A stretch of DNA of 64,000 nt from Amoebidium appalachense. Its lineage: Eukaryota > Protista > Ichthyosporea. Under the pieces are notes generated by a model. It ran no database searches. It saw nothing but the letters and a program-made list of their open reading frames with translations, and was not told the origin of the DNA. The stretch covers positions 1,506,899-1,570,898 of the forward strand of contig CAVNZM010000018.1 of NCBI GenBank assembly GCA_963693365.1, in the 5' to 3' direction. Below, in pieces: positions 1 to 41,415 of the stretch (position 1 is the first letter of the stretch; the number at the start of each line of letters is the position of its first letter). Both the position numbers and the translations under genes were made by a program.

Positions 1-2
1 AG

Positions 3-2234
<2,232 letters not shown>

Positions 2235-2695
2235 GCCCGTGTGTGTCCTCATGACATCTTGTGCTTTTCTGAGTGAATTGTTAAGTATGAGGGGTAGCTC
2301 TACTCTTTGTGACGCATTAGTATGCCACTCAAGCACACATATGCATGTGCTCATATCTCCGGTCACAAACACATACTATATGTGGGTTTGGCACCCCATA
2401 ACCGACTTCGAATTCATCGACTATCATCTACGACATAGATAGCTATTACGTCAACAGCAATTATCAACGGTTGAAGCCTTGTGCACGTGGCGTACTGACC
2501 GGCGGTGAAAATATTGTAGATATGGCCAAAATCGAGATTACATAAGAATGGTTTCTTGTATTATGAATAGCACACGGAACCTGCTATATAAGATGCGCAC
2601 TAAAGTCATAGACAATGCGCAAATATGTACTATGCTCAGTAGGTTACGGCACGCATATATATTTATAGAGTCACCCCTTCACCTGTGCATGCCAC

Positions 2696-2743
<48 letters not shown>

Positions 2744-3779
2744 GCATCACCACCACCACCACACACACGCGTGCGCGCATACGTACACATGCCCTTTCCC
2801 GGTCAACCTAGAGCTCCTTTCAGGGGTTCACTCTAACATTAGTCCCCGGATACTTGGCCAGCCTATACGTAGCTATAGTTGAACCCCCCCCCCCCCCCCC
2901 CCCCCCCGCTCTCCCCAAAAAAAAAGAAAAAAAAATGAGAGAGAGAGAGAAAAAAAGAAAAAAACGGCCCACCGTGTGCACACAGCTGCTGCACATGCAT
3001 GAGACTCATGATCTGACAAGTATTACGGCTAAAGGAATGCGAAGACGTGTGCCAGACTCAGGGTGGGCCCGCGGGGGGGGGGGGGGGGGGGGCTTGGTCA
3101 CCTGTACCCCCAAGGAGGACTCCATTGCAAGCTGGCAAAGGGGTCGGACTCCGGAGCCTGCGGCATAGGATGTGTATACTTCAACGGTTATCGTTCATAG
3201 TAAACTGCTTTGAATCCGTGATAGTAAGTGTGCCATGATACTCTGTATGATAGCTGAGCTGCTGAGAGTGGTGAGATATTCAAATTTTCTTGCTGTGATC
3301 TAGGGAGACAAGGGGGCGTTCCTGAGGAAAGCAGGGCCCCGGCCGGGGTTGGCATTCTGGCGTAACGCGGGGGCGTTCGAAAGAAGAAAAGGGGGGCATT
3401 CAACTGGGGCGTTCGGGGCTCACAAAGAGTAAACGTATGTATATCTATCTACTAGACCATAATAACGCATTCACGCCGGATAGCGTCAATATGACAGACC
3501 CATACAATCACTATCGTACTCCACAGTTTCACATTTTCCAATTTATATCTACATGTAAACGCGAGGCAATCCTTTCCCCTCATACACCCCAATATACAGT
3601 ACGAGAGTGCCACTGAAAATGAGATGATGTGAATATTTAAAACAAAGAGTTTTATTTGTTTTTTTTTCCCCAAAGATCTTCAAAAAAATTAGACAATAGA
3701 CCCTACCAACCCTGGTGGAGTTTTCAGAAAGCGTAAACCCCACGTATGTATGTACACACCAAAGCCTCCTAGATACAAC

Positions 3780-5280
3780 GTACACACACAAAATCACTTC
3801 ACACAGTCAGTATGATAACTTATCATAATGAAGTTCAGCCTGAGATATCTTCTCAAAAACCTAGAAATGTATGGAATGAGTTGTAGCATTATATGGGGAA
3901 CGATTGGCGTGCGCGCGCGTGTCACACACACACACATGCATACATATAGTACACACACAAAATCACTTCACTAGTACACACACAAAATCACACACAGAAT
4001 CACTTCACACAGAAAGTATGATAACTTTATAGTTTGATACTTTCTGACTCAGATGATAACTTTATAGTATGAAGTTCGGCCTGAGATAACCTCTCAAAAA
4101 CCTGGAAATGTATCACGTCGGCCGGTTCGCTATGAGGGCCCGCCCGGCCGGTTCGCCGCGGATACAAGCGGATCAGGGCGGATCCGGGCCAAAGTTCGCC
4201 GAGAGCCGCGAAAGATCTGCAGCCAATTACACGAGCCATTCGACGCGATCTGTGGAATGCGAATGCCCAGCTCACGGCAGAGACACTCCTGACAGGCACC
4301 CAATCGATCGGAGCGCGGCGAAAGCATGCAGGATATAGCAATAGACGATAACACATAGATTTGATGTATGTAAAAGGCTTTAAAGATTGTTAAAACACCT
4401 TACGTACAGGTATGCACATGCACGCGAACAAGGACAATGTCGCCGCACGTGTGAGTCTAGGTCCTTGCTTGTTATATCGAACGCATGCCGACCAATCAAA
4501 CCACGCTTGAGCGTTGCAAAATTCCTTTTTCATGATCGCCGTACCACTCCTACCTGCCCATCCCTATTCAGTATTTAAGCTGTATTAAATAGTAATATAA
4601 TGATTTTTATCATTTATTTATACATTATATTGTTATTTGTAGATTATATGTACAATGTTTAACGTAACTACATGCTCCTTAGCGTCCTTTGCTTTGTCAC
4701 CAATATGTGAGCCAAAAATTCCCATTTACCCGCATATTTCTTAGTTCTCGTCTATGATTGGTTCACGTAAACAATTTCTTATCGCTTTGTTACCATCTTG
4801 CCACCCGCCGCACTGATCAGTTTCAGATGACGAGTGGCTCACACGCTGTGCAGTACAGCGGCCGGTGTCGCATAAAGGCAAACAACCATAGGTCAAATTT
4901 TGCACATAAGCTTGTAAGCCAATGACCTTGGGGTTTACCAAGTTTCAACTCGATCTGACATTGGGTTGTCACGCTACAGTGTCACCAATTTTCGGGTCGC
5001 ACCTCAAACCAAGAAAAGGTACCATCGCTTTTGTGAGCTTTGCCAAAAAACCCAATGTCAGAATTGATTGAAAATTTACAGAATAAGAGTTTACATATAT
5101 ATTTAGTACGTAGCAAATTTTGGTGGAAAACTGTTAGAGACTTCTCTCTCCACAATTTCTCAAATTATATGCAAAATGTTCGGGTCGGGGACTTTTGGCC
5201 CGATTTGCCGGCCCGGCCGGGCGAGCCATCATAACGAACCGGCCCACGTGTATGGAATGAGTTCCAGCATTGTATGGGGA
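3780..5280. repeat. Local direct duplication of a ~120 bp segment; the second copy is split by a TIR element
   Basis: aatcacttcacacag...gcctgagat...ctcaaaaacct(a/g)gaaatgtatggaatgagtt at ~3790-3900 recurs at ~3998-4113 plus 5254-5280. Confidence 0.8.
4114..5250. mobile_element. Non-autonomous TIR DNA transposon (1137 bp), CAC termini, 3-bp TSD TAT; CMC (CACTA/Mirage/Chapaev)-like
   Basis: Left end CACGTCGGCCGGTTCGCTATGAGGGCCCGCCCGGCCGG; right end (reverse complement) CACGTGGGCCGGTTCGTTATGATGGCTCGCCCGGCCGG; TAT at 4111-4113 and 5251-5253; the empty paralogous site at ~3864-3880 has a single TAT. No transposase ORF. Superfamily inferred from termini and TSD length only. Confidence 0.85.
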
Positions 5281-5400
5281 TGAAAAGTAGAGGGGAGGGG
5301 TTAGAGGGTGGGGAGGGGGAGGGGGTAGCAATTAGATCTAGATGCGTCTCGGCAGTCGGGGTGCGCCGGGCCCCCTGGGAGGGTTGGGGGAGGGGTGGGT

Positions 5401-5431
<31 letters not shown>

Positions 5432-5445
5432 GGGGGGGGGGGGGG

Positions 5446-5484
<39 letters not shown>

Positions 5485-6466
5485 ACAGGAAACCTTTGAG
5501 CCATGCAGCATTCCGGTTGTTATGATGGAAATCGGAAACAATGCGGTGTTTGTGAAATTCAATTGTGAAGCATTGCCAAGTCACTTATCTTAATATCAGA
5601 TTATCCGAATGTTAGTCATCTCCTGTACACATACGTGCACACACACACACCTCAGTTACACACACCACGGCACACGCGCACCTGCGTACCCACACCCGCA
5701 CCCACAACCACGCTCACACCGACACCGACACAAACACACAACTACATACAAACACACAACTCCATACAAACACACCCCCTGACACACGTGTACAAATCCC
5801 ACACGTAAACACAAAAATGCACTGTCACACATGTACATACAGTCACGCACAAAAAGATGCAATGAGAAGTCAACCCCCCCCCCCCCCCCCCCCCCCCCCC
5901 TCCCGGTTATACTTTCAACCCAGGCTCAGTAGCCCCTCCCCCCCCTCCCCCTCCCTCCCTCCCTCCCTCCCTCCCTCCCTCCCTCCCTCCCTCCCCCTCC
6001 CCCCCCAAAAGAAAAAAAAAAAAAAAAAAAATCTAGTCCGATTTATCTTATCCTCGAGAATTAAATGAGTCCTGAATGACCCCTGTAAATAATTAGCAGT
6101 GATACATAATGAAATCATCGTGACTTATTTATCGTCGGTGGCACAAGAATAACTTGACATGCGGAATGGGTATGTTACTATATTTATTTAAGTATGTGAA
6201 GTTATGTTGGGGGTTTACGCTGTTTACTCGAGCCAAAGAGAGACCAGTCTCAGGTATGGGGGGGGTTTTGCTCGGAATATCCCCTCAGCGGTATATCATG
6301 ATCACGAACATAGATGTCGGGTTTGACTATATATCAGGGTTTACTTTCTCTACGGGACACCATAAAGACTAAGAAAAATCAATTAGTTGGGGTTCCCCGT
6401 TTTTTTTTTTTTTTTTTTTTTTTTTGGGGGGGGGGGGCTCCCCTGGGACACACGGTATCAGCTGGT

Positions 6467-6543
<77 letters not shown>

Positions 6544-6635
6544 CCATGATACTAACAGACATAATGAAACATACACTAAACAAAAATATTATTTTTCCAA
6601 TTCATAATAATCTGCTGCTCCGGTAGGTTAAGGGT

Positions 6636-32989
<26,354 letters not shown>

Positions 32990-33110
32990 CTGAGTGGGTT
33001 TCATGGCAGTGTTATTATCACGAAACTCTGCTTTGTGTGTGTGCGCGCACATACACACACACACACAGACAGACACACATGAACACACATGTACGCACAC
33101 AGACACACAC

Positions 33111-33198
33111 CGTGGTGTATTGTGACTTTGCTGCTAGCTGCAGCCAGGGGTAGCGAAATTTTCCTTGGTCAGTATTGGTAACGAAGAGAAAGCGTGCC
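33111..33198 (-). CDS. Candidate upstream exon of the modular gene
   Basis: ccccccccag|...|gtgtgt with one open frame ARFLFVTNTDQGKFRYPWLQLAAKSQYTT; it joins the next exon in phase only through an alternative AG 2 nt downstream. Confidence 0.4.
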
Positions 33199-33515
33199 CT
33201 GGGGGGGGAAAAAAGGAGGGGGGGGAAAAGCAGGGCCCGAAGAATTTGGAAGAAAAAAGAATAAGACTCTGAGAAGAAGACAAAAAGGAATGAATCAGCT
33301 CAAACCCGGCAACTGAGCTGAACCAGGCTACAGTGTGACTTTTTACTTTTTATAGCTATTATATGGTTACAGATGTAACATACATGTACTGAACATATGT
33401 TGTAGAAAAACGATGCGGGGCCGGGAAATGTACATTTGTGAAACAGAATGGAATGCCAAATTACATTCCACTAGGCCATGTTTCTGGTTGACGTAAAGTT
33501 TTTGTGCCCATACTA

Positions 33516-34576
33516 CAGTAAACCGCTCGAATTTGGGACACTTTTCGCGTCATCGCTGATCGAGCGCTTATGGGTAGCCATTTTTAGCTTTTTTCTGGAA
33601 CATTCGAGCATCCCCAGCAAGCCCTGGCACATGGCTACCCCAGTACTATATAAGCGCTGAGGTTCATAAAACACGTTTCCGACGACTTAGACACGTGAAT
33701 GTAGCCTAGGGTATCATCTTGCAAATTTCATTCTGAATTCAAAATGCATTTTTATTTGGGACACGTGTTGCATAGACGTATATGCAGACGAACATGCTGA
33801 CGCACATGCACCAGCTGGGTGTGGTCTCGCTGTTCCTTTCACCGTTGCCCACCCCTGGGGCCTTCTCTAGCTTTCAAACCAGTCTGTACACTCAACGAGG
33901 CTTCAAGGGTGCCTTTTTTTACAAAATAAACTGAACACATCATATAACCTATTGCCTGTGACTAAAGGCGTCGTTCTGTACTACAAGTGCAACCTACACA
34001 CGCATGCTCTTCCTGTACTGTTAGCATACCTCTACATCTGTCCGGGGTATGGATACTGATAAAACGGGTACTTCCCTGTAAGAATAAATATTATGCTTCA
34101 CGTCACGGTGCTCTGCAGCTAAATCACATCGCTCTTCATGTGTCTTATTTTTGTGTTCTAGAAACGCTGCCTCTATCTCCTCTGCTGTGGGCTTGCGCCT
34201 TTTCTGCCCTTGTGCACTCATGTTGGGAACCCCATTCTGTCTGTGGGGCAAGGGTGTGTGATAAATGGGCATTAAAAGTACAAAGCATATGAAAGATGTG
34301 AGGCTACGTGAGAGGAAATCCTTAGAGTGAGGATGAGGAGTTCCTATGTTTTCGAAAGAGGATGTGCTTTGCTCTGCTGTGGTGGTTGGTAGAAAACGGC
34401 CCTTTATTTTCAAACTTGGCTGCCGGGTTGGGCAGCCAACCAGACACGCTGGCATTCAAAACGGACGGGAAAAACGTAATAATGGACCCAAGTCCGGGTG
34501 ATGCGCCGAGGGCCAATTAAAAGTGTCCCAAATTTATGACGGGATTCAAATCGTCCCAAATTCGAGCGGTTTACTG
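33516..34576 (-). mobile_element. Non-autonomous pogo/Tigger-like (Tc1-mariner) element, copy 1
   Basis: 24-bp perfect TIR CAGTAAACCGCTCGAATTTGGGAC, TA on both sides; internal minus-strand remnant MSAQGQKRRKPTAEEIEAAFLEHKNKTHEERCDLAAEHRDV resembles a pogo N-terminal HTH; no DDD domain. Confidence 0.85.
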
Positions 34577-36119
34577 TAAGGTATATTATTCTTCCTGAGT
34601 TGTGTGTATGTTTTATCTTATAATATATATTATGAACTGCTATGTCTGCACGCCCAGAAGTTCCATATTGATTCCTCCAAAACTCAGATGTGTGGGGCGA
34701 GTCGTATGTGTGTACATAACACCGGATTTACGATTTTCCAGTTTCGAGATTTACGTCACATAAAATTCCGTTACAGACATAGGAGTGCAGTGATGAGTTG
34801 TCAGCACCAAGCCAACAGTACTTCCACCCAACAAGATATACATGTAAAAAATCGAGGTTACACTTACAACATACAAATCACATGTGGAGATATAACGTAT
34901 CAGGCATACATCATATGTGGATATATTTTTTTCCCGTAAGCTCCTCACGGCACGCGGATCGCTCGTGCAGTAAGGGTAAGCTTCACGTCTTGTCAAATAG
35001 TTATAAAACCTCACACGTACTGACGGTGTGCACGCGCTGCGATGAACTTTACGTTCGCTGCAGACGGGCACACGTACGTTTTATCGTCACCTAACCAATC
35101 GAATCGGCTAGACTCGGTCCACCATGATATGCAACCAATCAGTTCGGAAATACGTGTGCCAGGATGTTTTCAGTGTCTTTCGATTCCCGCGCGTGCGTTT
35201 TGACCCTACCTTGAAGCAATTTTTAAAAAAAATAAACAGCCATTCAATGAAAAGGCTCGAAGCGAAGCAAATTTGATTTCTTTGCATGATGTTTATGCAA
35301 TCGCTGACAAGGCATTGATAACGTCATGCATAACGTCATTCATTCCCGCTCGAATTCAAACCTCACGGTACGGCCATCTTGTTATTTTGTACGGGTCTAA
35401 GGGAGCAGAGTGCACAGAGATGTCATGTAAAACACGACTAACACATTAATGAGAGGGCAATCGGAGTTGTTCACGAGACATTGAAAGATTCAAACAACAA
35501 CTGATTCTTTATTGTGCTCTCGGTTCCTTTTGTACTTGCGACTTATCATCTTATCACAACTAAAGAGGGAGAACCAATCGGTTCTATCAGAAGATAGAAA
35601 AACACATTCCGACAGAGCATACGCATTCCAACTTCCGATTAAACTAAAGGTTAGAAACTCTTACTTAAATAAATTAAGTAATTATACATCTAGTCACTAT
35701 TAACTCACATATATATTTATGTTCGTCTCTATAAAAAAACTTATTTCCTAATAGTCGACACTCTCAAAGTGAAGACACTTTGCAATAAACCGAATTCCAT
35801 ATATATCTATTGTCCAATCACAACACACATATATTAATAGACAGGAATGCACAACACAATCTACAGATGTACTCGCTCGCGACTATTGGCGAGCCATCCT
35901 TTTGAGAACAAAACTAAGCCATTTTGAAAGACAACGAGTGTAGCTAGCCAATCACGCTACCTCCCAAATAAACAGAGGAGAGCAAACAGAAATAAAATAC
36001 AATAAGTTCTTATCAGGCAAGAGAGCCAGGTGTGCACAGATCTACAGATATCTGTGCCCACAGAAACAAGGGAGAGAGAGATACGGGGGGGGGGGGGGGG
36101 GGGGGGGGGGGGGAGAGGG

Positions 36120-36199
<80 letters not shown>

Positions 36200-36250
36200 A
36201 CAAAGAAGGAAAGCAGACACGAATACAAACAAGCTAAGACACATACATAC

Positions 36251-36339
36251 TTCAAGGCTCTTGCTGTCATACATGGTGACGTATTCCAACACATCTCGAC
36301 CGTTCATACCGGTACCGGACTCCTCCGTGTGTCTTATGT
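36251..36339 (-). CDS. Candidate further upstream exon of the modular gene
   Basis: cag|AC ATA AGA...(DIRHTEESGTGMNGRDVLEYVTMYDSKSLE)|gtatgt, followed by the (CT)n/poly-C texture of this gene's introns. Confidence 0.3.
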
Positions 36340-36654
36340 CTGTCTGTTTACTCCACCGTCACAAACCGTTGGTCGCAGCCTATTATTAATACTCTCGGTT
36401 GCAGCTGCTTACTATGTGCCTGTGTCTGTAACCTGTTTCTAACACCGTCAACCTTACGTATACTGTGTGTCATCTTTTTGATCGTTTCATCGTTTTGTGG
36501 CCTTCCAGGATTAAATGGGCTATGGTTTAACTGCACCAGCGATTATGCGATCTCATCTGAGTCAACCCTGTATGATCATATATTAACCAGAGACCAATAG
36601 GTGGGCAGCTTTGAACATCAGCCAATCGCCGGACTGCATGATGCAGTCATCGTT

Positions 36655-36766
36655 GGTGGCTCCGATTTTTCCTTACACTCTCGCGACCGCGTGCATGCTC
36701 AGGCGCCTCGACGGTTCGATAGAGTCCAGTGTTCGCTGAATGTGTAAGGAAAAATAAGGAGCCATC
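36655..36766. repeat. Short inverted-repeat element (possible tiny MITE)
   Basis: ggtggctccgatttttccttacac ... gtgtaaggaaaaataaggagccatc, ~24-bp imperfect inverted repeat; no clear TSD. Confidence 0.5.
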
Positions 36767-37110
36767 TCAGTAGGTGGCAGTTATAAAACTATCTTACGGC
36801 CAACTTTCGAATGTGTGACATTTACTAATGTTCGTGAACGCCGAGAAAATTTCAAAAGAAAAAGAAAAGGGACCAAATTAATGTATTAGAGCTTTCAGGC
36901 CAATAATTTGCCAATGCCGCTGGTGTTGTTTTTTACTTTTTATAGCTGTTATATGGTTACAGATGTCTAACATACATGTACTGTACATATGTTGTAGAAA
37001 AACGCTGCGGGGCCAGGAAATGTACATTTGTGAAACAGAATGGAATGCCAAATTACATTCCACTGGGCCATGTTTCTGGTTGGCGTTAAGGTTTTTTGTG
37101 CCCATACTGT

Positions 37111-38167
37111 CAGTAAACCGCTCGAATTTGGGACACTTAAGCTTTTCGCGTCATCGCTGATCGAGCGCTTATGGGTAGCTATTTTTAGCTTTTTTCTGGA
37201 ACATTCGAGCATCCCCAGCAAGCCCTGGCACATGGCTACCCCAGTACTATATAAGCGCTGAGGTTCATAAAACACGTTTCCGACGACTTAGACACGTGAA
37301 TGTAGCCTAGGGTATCATCTTGCAAATTTCATTCTGAATTCAAAATGCATTTTTATTTGGGACACGTGTTGCATAGACGTATATGCAGACGAACATGCTG
37401 ACGCACATGCACCAGCTGGGTGTGGTCTCGCTGTTCCTTTCACCGTTGCCCACCCCTGGGGCCTTCTCTAGCTTTCAAACCAGTCTGTACACTCAACGAG
37501 GCTTCAAGGGTGCCTTTTTTTTACAAAATAAACTGAACACATCATACAACCTATTGCCTGTGACTAAAGGCGTCGTTCTGTACTACAAGTGCAACCTACA
37601 CACGCATGCTCTTCCTGTACTGTTAGCATACCTCTACATCTGTCCGGGGTATGGATACTGATAAAACGGGTACTTCCCTGTAAGAATAAATATTATGCTT
37701 CACGTCACGGTGCTCTGCAACTAAATCACATCGCTCTTCATGTGTCTTATTTTTGTGTTCTAGAAACGCTGCCTCTATCTCCTCTGCTGTGGGCTTGCGC
37801 CTTTTCTGCCCTTGTGCACTCATGTTGGGAACCCCATTCTGTCTGTGGGGCAAGGGTGTGTGATAAATGGGCATTAAAAGTACAAAGCATATGAAAGATG
37901 TGAGGCTACGTGAGAGGAAATCCTTAGAGTGAGGATGAGGAGTTCCTATGTTTTCGAAAGAGGATGTGCTTTGCTCTGCTGTGGTGGTTGGTAGAAAACG
38001 GCCCTTTATTTTCAAACTTGGCTGCCGGGTTGGGCAGCCAACCAGACACGCTGGCATTCAAAAAGGACGGAAAAAACGTAATAATGGACCCAAGTCCGGA
38101 GGGCCAATTAAAAGTGTCCCAAATTTATGACGGGATTCAAATCGTCCCAAATTCGAGCGGTTTACTG
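37111..38167 (-). mobile_element. Non-autonomous pogo/Tigger-like element, copy 2
   Basis: Same TIRs and nearly identical body to 33516-34576; TA on the right, GT on the left. Confidence 0.85.
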
Positions 38168-38854
38168 TACCAGGGTTCGAAGGACGGTGGAGCCCATTAA
38201 CGGAAGTCGAAATCCCGTTTCGGAAAACCTCTTCGAAAATCGGAATGCTCCGTCGGAGCAGGCCCACCATAATCGTAATCTTCGCGCATCAGTAAATTAG
38301 GGCATGCTTATTTGTGCCTATATTGCATCAAAATGTTATTATAATGCATACTCAAAAACCCCTGTGGTTATTAGAGGCCTTCCTGGTGTTGGCAGTTGAA
38401 GCTTTGAAGGAATAAATTTAGGGAAATATGAAGTGCATTACTATATATGATGCACAATACATATATATATATATACATTTTGTCTACGTATATACGTACG
38501 GTCACGTCCTCTTACACATATGTGCGGCAGTGCCAGTGTATATGAGGATATATACTACTAGTAAATACAGGTACCCCCCGCCCCGTTGGGGGCGGGACCT
38601 ACATGGGACATGTGCACAGAATTTGAAGCGGAAGAGAAGAGAATAAATCCAGTCAAAAGAAAGAGAAGAGAACATAGAGTGTATTTGGTGAAAATTTTAT
38701 AGGCACAAGATATATCATAACATGGCAACACTGTTGCCTGGTGGAGCTTTATTTTTGTTTGTAGGGTTTTATAGAAACTAAAATATGACGCAATGTAGCC
38801 TGCACACTTTCACTGACAGGCGCAGAAATTAATATACAGGATCCGGAACTTCTT

Positions 38855-38889
<35 letters not shown>

Positions 38890-38933
38890 ATTTACATATA
38901 CTATACATCATTTATGGATATATTGTCTACTTC

Positions 38934-39827
38934 TCACCCAGTCCAGTCTTTCATCTTCTGCTCGTGAAATTGGTCACAGGCCCATTCAGACATCAACCTG
39001 CCAACATTGTGGAAGTGGGTAGTGTGCAGTAGTCGTCTTGCTGCTTTTGTGACTGACACCTTTTTACCTGAAGTAGAAAAGGTATTGAGGCTCCAACCTG
39101 GTGTGCCTTGCAAAAACAGTAAAGGATATTGCAGTGGTTCACATAGCTCATTTAGGTAGTGAACTTGCTCGGGACGTTGGTTTGAGAATCGGTGGAACCA
39201 TATTATGTGTCTTCCTGCATGCACTGGGTCCATATCATATAAGGCTGCAATCTCGGGAGCCTGGGGTGTAGCAGTTCTTCTGTTATTCCTTTGAAAGGCT
39301 ACGTGAAAGTTTTCTTGGTCTGGGTAGGCTTGGCTTAGTCTGCGGAACTCAGATGCTATAGGGTTGCACTGGTACAGAGCACTTTCGAGGAGTGAAATGA
39401 AAGCTGATGACAGCGATCTTGCAGCAGCAACTGCTGCCCGTATACCTTCATAGATATAGTACCTTATATTGGAAAGACTGGTAGTTGAATCGTGCACCCT
39501 GTGGTATGACCTGCCGCATACCTTGACAAATGGTGGAGCTGCCTGTGTAACGGTTCTTTGAGACCAGCCCATGGCTGTGAATGCAAACATGTTGTTATAT
39601 TCTCTTGCCTTTTTGGTGAAAGCAGGTGTGCTGTATAGTCGTGTTAGCTGTAAAGGGAGGGGGGGGAGTGTTGGGATCACCCATTTTCCGTTTCCACAAC
39701 AGAAAGAGGATTTCTCCTCTTTTAATAGGCGTGAGGTGCAAAAACTACAGACGTTCTGTTGTGACAGAGTAACGTTTTCCAGTTTCCATTCGCTGATGTG
39801 TGCAAAAACATCTGCAGGCTCTTGCAA
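38934..39827 (-). pseudogene. Helitron Rep/Hel N-terminal fragment, truncated before the HUH/Y2 motifs and the Pif1 helicase
   Basis: CSFC...SFCCGNGK, REYNNMFAFTAMG, VCGRSYHRV, NPIASEFR, PEIAAL and EPLQYPLLFLQGTPGW are conserved Helitron N-terminal motifs. Confidence 0.9.
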
Positions 39828-40498
39828 CTTTTATAAGTTGTATCCTGTGTGTGTCTCTTCATACAGGATATCCAGTGTTCTGGTGTGGTTTGGCTGGAGT
39901 ACTAAGTGGCGGGGTTTTAGGCGGTTCATAAAGGGTGTCCAGATCCTTAAGTTGGTTTGTGTCATGGAGCAGAGTGCGCATGCATCAAATAAACCATGGC
40001 AACAGAAAAAGTCATCAACTTTTCTGAACTGTACGTATAGGAGGCAGACACTTTAGGCACATATTCGCTTGTCATTAAAAACTCAAACAAAAAGGCACGC
40101 AGCAGGTCTGGCTTTTTAATGGCTTGCAGAAGATTTGCACGACCAGATTCAATTAAGGCAATTTGGTGTTGTAGGTGTGTGCCGAGTGGGTGTGCAAGTG
40201 TAAAGGCCTGCCGCAAAGCCATTGTGATGTCTGGTTTTTGTGCATAGTGGTGAGAGACGCCATATGTGTTGGTGTATGACTCGTGTATGTCTTAAGCAGT
40301 GTCAAGTGCACAGGCAGAGCATTTCTGGAGTGTGTGTGCGTGAAAATCAAGTTCCTCATTTTGGGCAAATGCTGCAATGTGTCCAAGTTTCCCACTTCCA
40401 AAGGGTCAGGCTTCATACATTTCAATTGCCGCAAGGTGCATTAGAGGGCCGACAAGCGCAGGGTTGTCAAGGGAACGCCACAGCATGTGCATGCACTC

Positions 40499-41213
40499 TG
40501 TCGTATCCTAATATATGTGTACTAGAGACGCGGCACTCTACTAAGTGTACACACACGAAAAGGAACGAACGTGTATAGAAAAACGGTAAAGTTTATTAAG
40601 ACCAGGCTCCGACGGGCAAACTTAGATCCGTACGGATTAAGTCTAAGTTACGACTGAGGCCATCAAGGCCGTGCCCTACAAGATCATCATCACCTGGCCC
40701 CCTACGATGCCACATTCCATTAACATTCCGATCTACTTTTATCGTGCGCCTGCACGAGCTAAGTCGATCTACTCAACTAATATATTTATCCAAGTCTCAC
40801 CCCTCACCCTCCCCCTAGTGGCACCGCAGAGTCTAAATCTACATTTCATACTATCCTCCCCCCCCCTCCCTCCCCCCCTTTCCTCTACATCTACATATAT
40901 AAATACGTTTGGCAACATATACTATCAAACCTTGCCAATCCTTACAAAAGGGCTTCTGCCCGAACAATCACATTCCTAAGTCCTCCTACGATCTATCCTA
41001 CACACTAATTAGAATTCTATTGGACGGCTGTCCCGGCTGACGTGGTCCAATGCCCTGCGCCGGCAGAGGCAAGATGCACGCAGCTGTTCAGCTATCTTGA
41101 GGCCCCGGACTTGATCTTGATGATCTGTGGACCCGGGCCACCCCCCCCCCCCCCCCCCCCCGATCTCGATCGTAGACTTAGGCTAATCTGCTGAGACGGA
41201 TTAGTATATGTCA
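40499..41213 (-). repeat. Gypsy-1 3' LTR (715 bp)
   Basis: Direct repeat of 50330-51054; visible differences are small indels and the C-run. Confidence 0.97.
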
Positions 41214-41415
41214 ACTCCCCCCCCGGCCCCCGGAAAAGCTGAGTCCCACCTCAGTCACATTACATCAACACCCCCTAAAAAGACATAGACTAATCAGTCT
41301 CCTAAAAAAAATTAAATTAAATGAATGACGAAGAAAAATAATAAATTAATCTACACCATAAGCTTGATACCTACGGAGACACCTATGATAATAAATTAAA
41401 TTCCTACGACTACGT

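Noticed and set aside
3311-3420. Repeated GGGGCGTTC / GTTCGA motifs as a tRNA or SINE
   Set aside because: No cloverleaf or properly spaced A box could be built.
33340-38169. The 1.2-kb direct repeats as LTRs of one retroelement
   Set aside because: No TG...CA ends, PBS, PPT or internal retroelement ORFs; each repeat contains its own TIR pair.
40671-40979. 102-aa ORF repeated at 50504-50812
   Set aside because: Antisense ORF within the LTRs, duplicated only because LTRs are; no recognisable motif.
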